Positions 25,819 through 38,648 of a DNA stretch of 64,000 nt are shown here, one piece after another. Origin of the DNA: Candidatus Marinacidobacterales bacterium (GTDB lineage Bacteria > Acidobacteriota > Vicinamibacteria > Marinacidobacterales > SMYC01); contig OZ250169.1 in the NCBI GenBank assembly GCA_965237955.1, forward strand, positions 2,336,001 to 2,400,000, read 5' to 3'. Made by a program: the position numbers and the translations under genes. Each line of letters starts with the position of its first letter. The first letter of the stretch is position 1. The notes under the pieces were generated by a model. The model was not told the origin of the DNA and ran no database searches. It saw nothing but the letters and a program-made list of their open reading frames with translations.

Positions 25819-27348
25819 TTGGATATCAGAGCGGACGAGATCACAAAGATTCTCAAACAGCAGATTGGCGACTACGAAGCCGGAGTCGACATCGCCGAAG
25901 TGGGCACCGTCATCTCCGCTGGTGACGGCATTGCGCGGATTCACGGGCTCGAAGGTGTCATGTACGGCGAGCTCGTCGAGCTCCCGAACGACGTGTTCGG
26001 TTTGGCGTTGAACCTTGAGGAAGAATCCGTCGGCCTGGTGCTGTTCGGCAACACGACCTTTATCAAGGAAGGCGACGAGGCCAAGCGCACGCGCACGATT
26101 CTCCAGGTGCCCGCGGGCGAAGAGCTGGTCGGACGCGTCGTCGACGCGTTGGGCCGACCGATCGACGGCAAGGGCCCGATCAATACGAAGCAACACAACG
26201 CAGTCGAGCGCGTGGCGCCCGGTATCGTAGATCGCCAACCGGTGAAAGAACCGCTCCAGACGGGCGTCAAGGCGATCGATGCCATGATCCCGATCGGTCG
26301 CGGTCAGCGTGAGCTCATCATCGGCGACCGGCAGACGGGGAAAACCGCCATCGCCGTCGACACCATCATCAACCAGAAGGGCAAAAACGTTGTCTGTGTT
26401 TACGTTGCCATCGGCCAGAAACTCTCGACGGTGGCGCAGGTGGTGGGAACCCTCGAAGAGCACGGCGCGATGGACCACACCATCGTCGTCAACGCCTCCG
26501 CGTCCGATCCGGCGCCGCTACAGTATTTAGCGCCCTATTCGGGGACCGCGATGGCGGAGTACTTCCTCGACAATAGCAAGCACGCGCTTTGTATCTACGA
26601 CGATTTGTCGAAGCACGCGGCCGCCTACCGAGAGATGTCGCTTCTCCTTCGGAGGCCACCCGGGCGCGAAGCCTATCCCGGCGACGTCTTCTACCTGCAC
26701 TCGCGTCTGCTCGAACGCGCCGCGAAGCTTTCCGACGCCAACGGTGGCGGATCGCTCACCGCGTTCCCGTTCATCGAGACCCAGGCGGGCGACCTCTCCG
26801 CGTACGTGCCCACGAACGTCATCTCGATCACCGACGGCCAAATCTTTCTCGAAGGCGACCTGTTCAACGCTGGTATCCGTCCTGCGGTCAACGTCGGTAA
26901 CTCCGTCAGCCGTGTCGGCGGCGCGGCTCAAATCAAAGCGATGCGCCAAGTCGCAGGCACCATGCGCCTCGACCTGGCCCAGTATCGTGAGATGGCCGCG
27001 TTCGCACAGTTCGGCTCGGACCTCGACAAAGCGACCCAGGCCCAGCTCGCCAAAGGCGAGCGTCTCGTCGAGATCCTGAAGCAGGACCAATACCAACCGC
27101 TGCCGGTAGAAAAGCAAGTCGCGATCATCTTTGCCGCCAACGCAGGCTACCTCGACGACCTGCCGGTCTCCGTGTGTCTGCGTTTCGAGAGCGAGCTCTA
27201 CGTTTATCTCGACGACCGTCATCCGGGAGTCCTTTCAGCCATCGTCGAAAAGAAGACGCTCGACGACGAGATCGAAGGCAAGCTCAAGATCGCGCTCGAC
27301 GAGTTCAAGAGCCAGTTCAAGTCCGAGTCCGAGGAATCCGCCGCGTAG
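25819..27348 (+). CDS. atpA: ATP synthase alpha subunit
   Basis: TTG-DIRADEI start; [31 protein letters not shown]. Confidence 0.98.
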   Translation: MDIRADEITKILKQQIGDYEAGVDIAEVGTVISAGDGIARIHGLEGVMYGELVELPNDVFGLALNLEEESVGLVLFGNTTFIKEGDEAKRTRTILQVPAGEELVGRVVDALGRPIDGKGPINTKQHNAVERVAPGIVDRQPVKEPLQTGVKAIDAMIPIGRGQRELIIGDRQTGKTAIAVDTIINQKGKNVVCVYVAIGQKLSTVAQVVGTLEEHGAMDHTIVVNASASDPAPLQYLAPYSGTAMAEYFLDNSKHALCIYDDLSKHAAAYREMSLLLRRPPGREAYPGDVFYLHSRLLERAAKLSDANGGGSLTAFPFIETQAGDLSAYVPTNVISITDGQIFLEGDLFNAGIRPAVNVGNSVSRVGGAAQIKAMRQVAGTMRLDLAQYREMAAFAQFGSDLDKATQAQLAKGERLVEILKQDQYQPLPVEKQVAIIFAANAGYLDDLPVSVCLRFESELYVYLDDRHPGVLSAIVEKKTLDDEIEGKLKIALDEFKSQFKSESEESAA

Positions 27349-27380
27349 GAACGGGCGGGGCGGGACGAACTATCAAGGCG

Positions 27381-30087
<2,707 letters not shown>

Positions 30088-30194
30088 CAGGGCGCTGAAA
30101 AAGGACCGGGCGCGAACGAAGCGAGAGCGCCTGTTGATGAATGCCCCGACGAGAGGCCGAGCGAGTGAGCGAGGAGCTCGGCATCTCGAGCATT
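30088..30194. repeat. intergenic REP/MITE-like repeat, short copy
   Basis: Matches 12155-12165 and 12304-12397. Confidence 0.65.
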
Positions 30195-30206
30195 AACGCG
30201 CTCTAA

Positions 30207-31745
30207 GGGCCGCCGACAAAATAACTGTCTAGTTTTGAGCACACTCTTCCTGTTTCAGGTCGTGATCGCGATGTCGTCTGGCATCACGAGAGCCTGGCAA
30301 GCTCCCTAGAAACGGAACATTTGTAGATCTTCAGCAACCAGCGCGTGTTTGACAAACGGTCCTCATTTTAGGGAGGATTACGCCTATCAAGGAGCACTTC
30401 TCCTATTATGAGACCTACGAGCTATCAGTCTGAAGATCTCGACCGCCTGTTGAGGAAGCACAAAATAGCTACCCTCGATGATTTGAAGGCAGTGTTGGGA
30501 CCGATGTGGACTCGACCGTCTTCCGAAAGCTCAATGAGTTGGCGTATCGGACAAGCTACTCCCACCGTGGTAGCTACTACACGTTGGACGAGATCGCCCA
30601 GTTCGATCGAAAAGGTCTTTGGTCGTTGCGCTCAGTGTGGTTCTCGAAGTACGGGACGTTGCTTGCGACGGTAAAAGCGTTGGTCGCGGCCTGTGAGGCA
30701 GGCTACTACGTCGACGAGCTCGAGGACGTGGTGCAGGTTGACGTCAAGGCTCCTCTGTTGAAACTGGTCCGAGAGAAAAGATTGGCGCGCGAGCAGGTGT
30801 TCGGCCGATATCTGTATCTGGCCACCGATGTGAGCACGCGCAAGCAACAGCTCTCGGCCCGCCAGGTACATGAGGCGTCACCTTCCACGTTGGGCTGGGT
30901 CGGGGGAGTCCGCGTGCTCCCCGTGGAGTTGAAGGCTGCGATCGTTCTTTTCTACAGCCTGCTCGATGAAAAGCAGCGCCGTCTCTACGCGGGAGTCGAG
31001 GCCATGAAGCTCGGTCACGGTGGCGACCAACAGATTGCCGAACTGCTCGGGATGGATCCGAGCACGGTAGCCAGAGGTCGTAGGGAATTGCTAATGAGAG
31101 ATGTTGAGCTCGACGGAGTTCGGCGAAAGGGTGGCGGACGGCGCGCCGTGCAAAAAAAACGCCAGAAGTCATCGCCAAGATCGAAGAACTCATGAAGCAC
31201 GACACCGCGGGCGATCCGATGACGGGAGTGAAATGGACGCGGCTCGTACAACACCCCGGACTTCGCCGTGAATGCCATCGAGAAGTGGTGGCGAACGGAA
31301 GGACGGCGACGCTATCCTGCAGCCCGTGACCTCGCGATATTGGCAGACGCCGGGGGCAGCAATGGCTATCGGTGTCGGGGTTGGAAGCACGGGCTTCAAA
31401 CGCGGATTTGCAATCGCCACGACATCGCTATCACCATAGCCCACTATCCGTCCGGTACATCCAAGTGGAATCCAGTGGAGCACCGTCTGTTCAGCGAGAT
31501 CAGCAAGAACTGGGCAGGCAGGCCTCGCGACAGCTACGAAACCATCCTCAAATACATCCGCACGACCACCACCTCTTCCGGTTTGCGAGTACGCGCACAC
31601 CTTATCCGGCGTCGTTATCCGAAGGGCGTCAAAATCACTAACGAGCGGATGCAGGCGCTTTCCGTTACAAAGGACCAGACTCTACCCAAATGGAACTACA
31701 CCATCCGACCGTCTTGAAAACGGGAACTTATTTTGTCGCCGGCCC
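30207..31745 (+). mobile_element. ISAzo13-family IS, internally deleted
   Basis: TIR GGGCCGCCGACAAAATAA / TTATTTTGTCGCCGGCCC, TAA duplicated on both sides; transposase motifs ADAGGSNG, HYPSGTSKWNPVEHRLFS. Confidence 0.9.
30408..31717 (+). pseudogene. ISAzo13 transposase, frameshifted and internally deleted
   Basis: Frameshift near 30500; A8 slippery run 31152-31159; sequence jumps from GDPMTGVKWTR to SYNTPDFAV near 31242. Confidence 0.85.
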
Positions 31746-31874
31746 TAAGACGGCGTCTCTCCTCGCTTGAGCGATCCCCGCTCAGGCGGTACCATGGATA
31801 CAGAATCCACCACAATCGAATAACGGCGGTGCACCCTCCCTCTTCATGTTGGGGTCGATTCGCAGGAGGAACCC

Positions 31875-32756
31875 ATGGTGCAGAACCACTACTACCAGCA
31901 CTCCGGTCAGTTCGCGCTCGGAAGTGTGATCCTCGGAACGATTGCCGCCGCGGCGATGGGCTCGGTCCTCGCCGCCGCCTACGCAGCGGTGGTTCTCTAC
32001 ATCCCGTTTGCAGGCGTGATCTCCTTCATTCTGTCGATAGGCTTCGGTGTTCTCCTTGGCCTCACCATTGCGGCCGCGCTCCGGTGGGCGAAAGTGCGCC
32101 ACGAGGGGATTCTGTTCTTGTCCTCGGCCACGGCCGCGTCGAGCGCCTTCTACGTTAGCTGGGCGGTGTGGACGTGGCTCTTGCTCCGGCAATCGGACGT
32201 CGAGGCCCACGTCTTGGCGCTCGTCCAAAAGCCAGATGTCGTCTGGGGACTTCTCGGCGAGATCAATGCCGTGGGTGCCTGGAGCATGAGCGGGTTCACC
32301 CCCACGGGAGCCGTGCTTTGGGTGCTGTGGGGTCTCGAAGCGCTTCTGATCCTCGTGCCCGCGGTCCTGCTCCCGCTCGGGGTTTTGTCGGTGCCGTTTT
32401 GTGAGCGCTGCGACATTTGGTGCGAGCCTTCGGAAGACGTGGCACGTCTCTCCGCGTGCGAGCCGTCGCAGTTGAAGTCCCATATGGACGCCAAGGAGCT
32501 CGACGTCCTGCTCGAGCTGGGTAACCCCGCCGAGCACGACGACACCTGGATCCGCGTAGACCTCCACGATTGTCCGTCGTGCGGGAACTTGCACACGATG
32601 ACGCTGAAATCAATCAGCGTCACCGACGACGACGACGGTGAGCACCAGCAGAAAAGAGCTCGAAGTGGTGAACCACTGTTGCTCAACACCGAGGAGGCGC
32701 ACCAGATACGAGCGCTGGCACGAGCCCTCCAACCGGAGCCTGTAGAGGTCGGCTGA
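31875..32756 (+). CDS. hypothetical membrane protein with CxxC...CxxC motifs
   Basis: AGGAGG RBS; about 4 TM segments, CERC and CPSC. Confidence 0.75.
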   Translation: MVQNHYYQHSGQFALGSVILGTIAAAAMGSVLAAAYAAVVLYIPFAGVISFILSIGFGVLLGLTIAAALRWAKVRHEGILFLSSATAASSAFYVSWAVWTWLLLRQSDVEAHVLALVQKPDVVWGLLGEINAVGAWSMSGFTPTGAVLWVLWGLEALLILVPAVLLPLGVLSVPFCERCDIWCEPSEDVARLSACEPSQLKSHMDAKELDVLLELGNPAEHDDTWIRVDLHDCPSCGNLHTMTLKSISVTDDDDGEHQQKRARSGEPLLLNTEEAHQIRALARALQPEPVEVG

Positions 32757-32781
32757 CTCCTGTAGAATAGCGTCGCTAATC

Positions 32782-33648
32782 ATGAGCGACGCGGCCGAAA
32801 TTCGTCTCTCTCCGCCCGATCCGCATCCGTTCGTGAAATGGGCCGGCGGCAAAGGCTCGGTCGTCGGTGCGATCGCCGAGCGCATCCCGAAGGATCGGAC
32901 CTTCCGGCGATACGTGGAGCCTTTCGTCGGTGCCGGCGCGATGTTCTTCTGGATGCGGCGTAGCTATCCCGGGCTTGGGTACGTGATCGCCGACTCGAAC
33001 GATGAGCTCATGGGTGCCTATTGCGCCATCCGTGACCATGTGGACGACGTCCTTGCGAAGCTCGAAACGCATGCCATGATGCACGGCGACGAGCATTTCT
33101 ATGCGGTGCGAAGCCGGGTACCGCACGCACCCATCGAGCGCGCCGCGCGCTTCATCTATCTCAACCGCACCTGCTACAACGGGCTCTATCGCGTGAACCG
33201 CAAGGGTGAGTTCAACGTTCCCATCGGGCGCTACGATAACCCAAAGATCGTCGACCGCCAGAACTTGCTCGCGGTAGCGACCGCCCTCGAGAACACCTCG
33301 TTGCGCTCGGGAGACTTCGGCGACATCACCGCCGAGTGCGAGGCAGGCGACCTCGTCTATCTCGATCCGCCCTTCGATCCGCTATCGGAAACCAGCCACT
33401 TCACGAGCTACACGCGGGACGGCTTTCACCGCCCGGAACAGGAGCGCCTTGCCGAGGCATTCGAGGCCATGGCGGCGAGGGGAGCGTCCGTCATTCTCTC
33501 CAACAGTGACACGGCCCTCATTCGGAAGCTCTACACGGGGCTCACACCGGCGCCGGTGATCGATGAAGTCGCAGTGCCGCGCTCGATCAACTCGAACGCG
33601 CGATCGCGTGGAAAGATCAAGGAGCTCCTGATCCACTATCACCCGTAG
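32782..33648 (+). CDS. Dam-family (D12 class) DNA adenine methyltransferase, orphan
   Basis: FVKWAGGK, YVEPFVGAGA, YNGLYRVN, VYLDPPF. Confidence 0.93.
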   Translation: MSDAAEIRLSPPDPHPFVKWAGGKGSVVGAIAERIPKDRTFRRYVEPFVGAGAMFFWMRRSYPGLGYVIADSNDELMGAYCAIRDHVDDVLAKLETHAMMHGDEHFYAVRSRVPHAPIERAARFIYLNRTCYNGLYRVNRKGEFNVPIGRYDNPKIVDRQNLLAVATALENTSLRSGDFGDITAECEAGDLVYLDPPFDPLSETSHFTSYTRDGFHRPEQERLAEAFEAMAARGASVILSNSDTALIRKLYTGLTPAPVIDEVAVPRSINSNARSRGKIKELLIHYHP

Positions 33649-33752
33649 CCCCGCCACCCAGTCTGGCCAATTGTGGCACTGCAGAGACGGGTGAGATTTT
33701 CCGCGCCGTTGGCGCGGTTTTACAGGATCAGGTGGCACCAGAGACGCGCTAG

Positions 33753-34064
33753 AAGGACGGAACGGGCCTCATTTTCGGTATTCGTCTCTAATCCCGATTT
33801 TCGAGTGCCACGTTTGCGCCAAAGGGAGGAGCGGGCCGCTGACAGGGCCGTGCAGCGTCGGAAAAGAAGCCCCGCCCGAGGGGTCCAGAATCAAGGCCAA
33901 GGCTACCGTGGCGTAGCCGGCTAGCACGTTCTGGTCCAGGTGCGGCCCGGGCCTCCTTGATGTCCATCTTTCCCCAGGCCTGGATCCAGGCCTTCGCCCG
34001 GGAGCGTGGCGTCCCGTTTCTGGACGGTGTTTCCCTGCCACGCACGGGGGAACCCGAATCGCCG
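33753..34064 (+). repeat. internal fragment of ~570-bp non-coding element (MITE-1)
   Basis: Aligns with 61496-61759, 44296-44445 and reverse complement of 42325-42530. Confidence 0.85.
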
Positions 34065-34260
34065 GCCGCAACGTCACCCTCCAAGGGGCATTGGTGTCAC
34101 CTCGTTCGAATAAGCGAGTATCTCCACGACCGCCTAGGGACAACCCTGGCGTCCAGAACAAATAGGCCGGATATTCGAAAACAGTCGCACGAGCGAGCCT
34201 CTCCACGTTCATAAGACGCCGGTGGCGTCGGCGGGTCGACCGGTACGGAGCAGCCGATCG

Positions 34261-34311
34261 TGGCAGGTCTAAACCGTGCAATCAACGCTGGATCGACTTT
34301 TTGCGGAGCAC
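34261..34311 (+). repeat. element-end-like repeat ending TTTTTGCGGAGCAC
   Basis: Similar ~50-bp copy at 50070-50119. Confidence 0.7.
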
Positions 34312-34492
34312 AACTCAGGGCACTATCCCCAGCGCGCGTTCCATGGTTGGAAGGGCAACCTACAGATTCGGTATCAGAATCTGCTCGTAAACCCTTTGGC
34401 TCCCATGAGCTGCGGCCAGTGGTGCCAACCTGGTGCCTAGCATATTGGCGTGATCTGCGCGTGCGGGAGCCCAGGGACCCCCGCCGCGAAAT

Positions 34493-37462
34493 CTAGTAGT
34501 ACGTCCTGATATAGCCGTACGCTCGGTCGAACAACTCGGTGTCCTGGTGGAGCTTGTATTTGAACAGAGTTTTCCGTAGCGCCTTCCTGATCTCGCGCTC
34601 GCCTGCGTGGGTGTCCTGCCAGCCGTCGAACCTCACGACGCGGACGATCTCATCGATGTCGGCGACGACGCGCTCGACGATGATTGGCGTTTCACTGTTC
34701 TTCACTTCCTCAAACAGCTCCGTCAGAGCTTCTTTTCCACGCTCCTCTTGCTCGATCGGAGGAGCCACCTGCTCGGCGGTCACGACATCGCGCGCGAGAT
34801 TGAGCAGTTCCTTGAGGAAGTCAATGCTGAGCAGCAACCCTTGCTCGTGACGGTTCTTTAGGTCTTCCAGGCGTTCCGCCAGCGCCTTGAAGCGGGGATC
34901 GTGAAGGTGCTTTCGAAGCCGTCTGGCGACCTTGATCTCAATCTCCTTCGACTTCTTCTTCGGATCGGCAACCCCGAGTATCGCTTCGAGGAGGTCAGCA
35001 TCGACGACCAAAGTCTCGAGATCGTCCTGCACAGCCTCGACGTGAACGTTCTCATGGATGAGTTCGATCGTCTTCGCGCCAAGCCGGTGCCAGAGCAGCT
35101 GTCCCGTGCTCGAAACCGGTTTGACCGATTCGTAAACCTGTACGGTCCATCGGTAGTCGGTTTCGTACCCACCCAACATGGGGTCGGGTGAGATTGCCTC
35201 CCACAGCCGAGCCAAGTAACTGACGTCGGCCGCGAAGCGGTCACGCACATCGTTGTTCGGCAGACACTGCTGGGCTGACATCAGCCCTTCGTAGCCTGTC
35301 AGCGTCCGGTCGATGCCGGGAAAGTACTCCAGGCACTTCTGGATCGCCTCAGGGAGCCTCTCTTTGAGTTCGGCAATGTTCGAGACCACACGTGTGATGC
35401 CCTCTTCATCGAACTGGATCGCCTGAGCCACGTCGTCGAAGATCCCGAGGTAGTCGACGATCAGGCCGTGCGTCTTGAGCTGGCCATAAGGACGGTTCGT
35501 GCGGCATATCGCCTGCAAGAGGGTGTGATCTCGCAACGGCCGGTCCAGGTACATCGTCTGCAAGATGGGAGCATCGAAGCCCGTCAGCAGCTTGGACGTG
35601 ACGATGATGATTTTCAAAGGATCGTTGGGATCGCGGAAGCGGTCGAGAAGCTTCTCCTCCACGTCGCGGTCGTGCCGGTATGGGAGGTAGCTTTCCTCGC
35701 CGCTGTTCACGGACATGACGATGTCCGACACCTCGGGCGCCAGGTGCTGGTCTAGCGCCTGCTTGTAGAGTATGCAACTCTCGCGGTCGAATGTGACGAC
35801 CTGAGCGCCGAAGCCGTTCGGCGCCACTTTCTCCTCGAAGTGTTGTGCGATGTCGGAACAGACCGTCTGGATGCGTTCGGGCGATTTGAGCAGTACGGCC
35901 ATCTTCGCGGCGTGTTTCGCCAGCTGATCTCGCTCCTCGTCACTCAGGTCGGCTGTAAGCGCTTCGAATTCTTCGTCGATCTGGGCCTGGTCCACGTGAA
36001 GGTCGACCAGTCGGGGCTCAAAGTGCAGCTCCTTTGTAGCACCATCCCGGATGGAGTCCTCGAAGCCGTACCGGCTCATGTATCCGTTCGCATCCTCCTC
36101 GGCTCCGAAGGCGTAGAAGGTGTTCTTGTCGACTCGATTGATCGGAGTACCAGTCAGGCCGAAGAGAAACGCATTGGGCAGGGCGTCGCGCATCTTGCGA
36201 CCCAAGTCACCCTCTTGGGTGCGGTGCGCCTCATCCACCAGCACGATGACGTTGCCGCGCTCGTTCAACACACCGTCGGCCTCGCCGAACTTGTGGATTG
36301 TCGTGATGATGATCTTGCGGACGTCACTTCCAAGGAGGTTCTGCAGGTCCTTGCGGCTTTGGGCCTTGACCAGGTTGGGCGCGTCTGCGGCGTAGAACGT
36401 AGACGAAATCTGACTGTCGAGATCGACCCGGTCGACTACGATGACCACCGTCGGGTTCTTGAGCGCCGGGTGCAGCCGCAGCTTGCGGGCTGCAAATAGC
36501 ATGAGTAGCGACTTGCCCGAGCCCTGAAAGTGCCAGATCAAACCTTTCTTTGGTTGCCCCGCCACCACGCGTTCGACGAGTTTGTTCGCGCCTTCGTACT
36601 GCTGATAGCGGGCGACAATCTTGATGCGTTGCTTGCCCTTGTGCGTCGCGTACGACGTGAAGTTGGCCAATAAGTCGAGGACAACCTTGGGCCTGAGCAT
36701 CGACGTGACCGCCTGTTCGACCTGCGCCATCGAGGGCAGGGCATCGTCATCCTCGAGACGCCACGGGCCCCAGAACTCGACGGGCAGGCGAATCGCGCCG
36801 TAACGGTACTCCTTGCCCTCTGTCGCGACCGAGAAGGCGTTCGGCACGAAGAGCTCGGGCACGTTGCGCTCGTAGTCGTCATGCACCTGGAGCGCGCCGT
36901 CGAGCCAGCTCTGGCTGGAGCGCACGGGCGTCTTCGCCTCAATGAGCACGAGGGGAACACCGTTGGCGAGTAGGACGAGATCGGCCCGCTTCTCGGTCTT
37001 GCCGGCACGGAAGGTGTACTGCTGGGTAACGACGTAATGGTTCTGCTTGAGGTCTTCGAAGTCGATGAGCTTGATGGTCACGTGCTCGCCGTTCTCGCCG
37101 AAGGGCATCGACTTGTCGCCGACGAGCCAAGCGGCGAATTCCTCGTTGGCCTTGACTAGGCCGTCGCTGCGGACACCCATGATGATCGCCCGAAGCCGGT
37201 AGAGCACGTCGGCGGCGCGATCAGGCTGGGCCGCGATGACGGGGTTCAGGCGGATGAGGGCATCACGGAGGTGGTCCTCGACGAGCGCTTCTTGGGGCTG
37301 GCGGGGGAGGTTCTCGTGGGAGAGGTAGTGCCAACCGAGACCGGAGAGCTGGCCCGCGCGGCGAGCGAGCCCGGGGCCGACGGCGGTGTGATGCGTGACG
37401 CCGCCGCAGAGCAGGTCACGGACGAACGCTTCGACGGTATTGGCTTCGTTAAAGCTACCCAT
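34493..37462 (-). CDS. hsdR: type I restriction endonuclease subunit R
   Basis: ADLVLLANGVPLVLIEAK, WHFQGSGKS, VDEAHR, GLTGTP, LLTGFDAP, LLQAICRTNR. Confidence 0.95.
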   Translation of the reverse strand: MGSFNEANTVEAFVRDLLCGGVTHHTAVGPGLARRAGQLSGLGWHYLSHENLPRQPQEALVEDHLRDALIRLNPVIAAQPDRAADVLYRLRAIIMGVRSDGLVKANEEFAAWLVGDKSMPFGENGEHVTIKLIDFEDLKQNHYVVTQQYTFRAGKTEKRADLVLLANGVPLVLIEAKTPVRSSQSWLDGALQVHDDYERNVPELFVPNAFSVATEGKEYRYGAIRLPVEFWGPWRLEDDDALPSMAQVEQAVTSMLRPKVVLDLLANFTSYATHKGKQRIKIVARYQQYEGANKLVERVVAGQPKKGLIWHFQGSGKSLLMLFAARKLRLHPALKNPTVVIVVDRVDLDSQISSTFYAADAPNLVKAQSRKDLQNLLGSDVRKIIITTIHKFGEADGVLNERGNVIVLVDEAHRTQEGDLGRKMRDALPNAFLFGLTGTPINRVDKNTFYAFGAEEDANGYMSRYGFEDSIRDGATKELHFEPRLVDLHVDQAQIDEEFEALTADLSDEERDQLAKHAAKMAVLLKSPERIQTVCSDIAQHFEEKVAPNGFGAQVVTFDRESCILYKQALDQHLAPEVSDIVMSVNSGEESYLPYRHDRDVEEKLLDRFRDPNDPLKIIIVTSKLLTGFDAPILQTMYLDRPLRDHTLLQAICRTNRPYGQLKTHGLIVDYLGIFDDVAQAIQFDEEGITRVVSNIAELKERLPEAIQKCLEYFPGIDRTLTGYEGLMSAQQCLPNNDVRDRFAADVSYLARLWEAISPDPMLGGYETDYRWTVQVYESVKPVSSTGQLLWHRLGAKTIELIHENVHVEAVQDDLETLVVDADLLEAILGVADPKKKSKEIEIKVARRLRKHLHDPRFKALAERLEDLKNRHEQGLLLSIDFLKELLNLARDVVTAEQVAPPIEQEERGKEALTELFEEVKNSETPIIVERVVADIDEIVRVVRFDGWQDTHAGEREIRKALRKTLFKYKLHQDTELFDRAYGYIRTYY

Positions 37463-38648
37463 CCAGGCCCCAGGCCGTGTGCAGTAATATCCCTTTGACA
37501 CGCCTAGCGGCTCCTTCGCGTGACCGGGCATTCCACCGAGCCGCCCGAAGCGCAGCGAGATTTTCCATTATTCTCCTCTGTTCCGCGAGAGCAGGGGCGA
37601 AGAGGCTGTGAGCACGGATGTCCTGTCCATTGACTTTCCAGATCCCATTTGATGACTTGGCTCTGGCACTAAGCCGTCTGTGGACGCTGGGCAAGTTCCA
37701 CTGTGCTACTGCGAACTGCGGGAGAATTTTGTTCGTGTCAAAACGAAGCCGAATTAGAAGATCGGGGTAGAATAGTTCATCGTGGGATTCGTTGCTGAGG
37801 CCCACCTTGCCGCAAAACTGACGATTCCCGTTGCCGCGAATGACAAAGGCATCTCCACGCTTTACAAAGAACTGGCGAGCGACGTCCGCTTCGATCTTCG
37901 CGTGTTTGATGCACCCGGTTGAGTCGAAGAGCCCGTCACTGACCGCGCTGATACTCACTGTTTTGAAACCTTCTCCATCGGAGTTTGCACTTGGGGAGAC
38001 GCCATTTCGCGGTGGCTCGCGGAGTAGTTTCGCCACTGGTACAAGTGCACTGCAAGGCATTCCGAGCATGACGTTCTCAAGAAGTCCGATTTCTGCAGCG
38101 TGGAGCAATGGTTTCAGGTTACGCAGCGACTCAACCACCGACTCCGCTGCACTTAGGACCTCAGCGATCCGCCGCTGCTCATCCAGCGGCGGCAGCAGAA
38201 ACTCGTAGCTCGCCAAGTCTGAGAAGTTGACATACGGGTTGACGGATCCCTTCGATTCCCTTTTCGAGTGCGCATGAAACGGCTCGGTCTGCATAATGAA
38301 CGGCAATAGTTCCGGCAGCAGGACATCTGGATCTCTTGACTCAAGCACATAGGTGGTGTTGGCGGTAATGCCCTCAAAGTCTGCTAGAGCAACTTTCCGC
38401 AGATACGTTCGGCGTGAACCATAGAGTACGTGTCGAGGCTTGAAGCGCATATGGAAGGCGGGCCCGAGGTAGTCTACGCCGATCGCGCCCCAGCGCCGGA
38501 TGCGGAGATCGTCGGTGTCCATATGTTCTCCGGCGATGTAGCGCTCAAGGCCGGATTCCTCTGGATCAACCTTGTCCTTGATCTGTCGCACGACATCGCC
38601 GAATGCAACGGCGGTCCAGCCGGCCTTCGTAGTCGCCACCTCAGGCAT
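37455..38648 (-). CDS. hsdS: type I R-M specificity subunit
   Basis: Two TRDs with conserved spacers LPPLDEQRRI and PALAEQRRI. Confidence 0.92.
   Translation of the reverse strand: MPEVATTKAGWTAVAFGDVVRQIKDKVDPEESGLERYIAGEHMDTDDLRIRRWGAIGVDYLGPAFHMRFKPRHVLYGSRRTYLRKVALADFEGITANTTYVLESRDPDVLLPELLPFIMQTEPFHAHSKRESKGSVNPYVNFSDLASYEFLLPPLDEQRRIAEVLSAAESVVESLRNLKPLLHAAEIGLLENVMLGMPCSALVPVAKLLREPPRNGVSPSANSDGEGFKTVSISAVSDGLFDSTGCIKHAKIEADVARQFFVKRGDAFVIRGNGNRQFCGKVGLSNESHDELFYPDLLIRLRFDTNKILPQFAVAQWNLPSVHRRLSARAKSSNGIWKVNGQDIRAHSLFAPALAEQRRIMENLAALRAARWNARSREGAARRVKGILLHTAWGLDG

Noticed and set aside
33673-34496. Short ORFs over MITE-1 fragments (also 42259-42636, 44250-44714, 61469-61811)
   Set aside because: Frames not conserved among repeat copies; treated as non-coding
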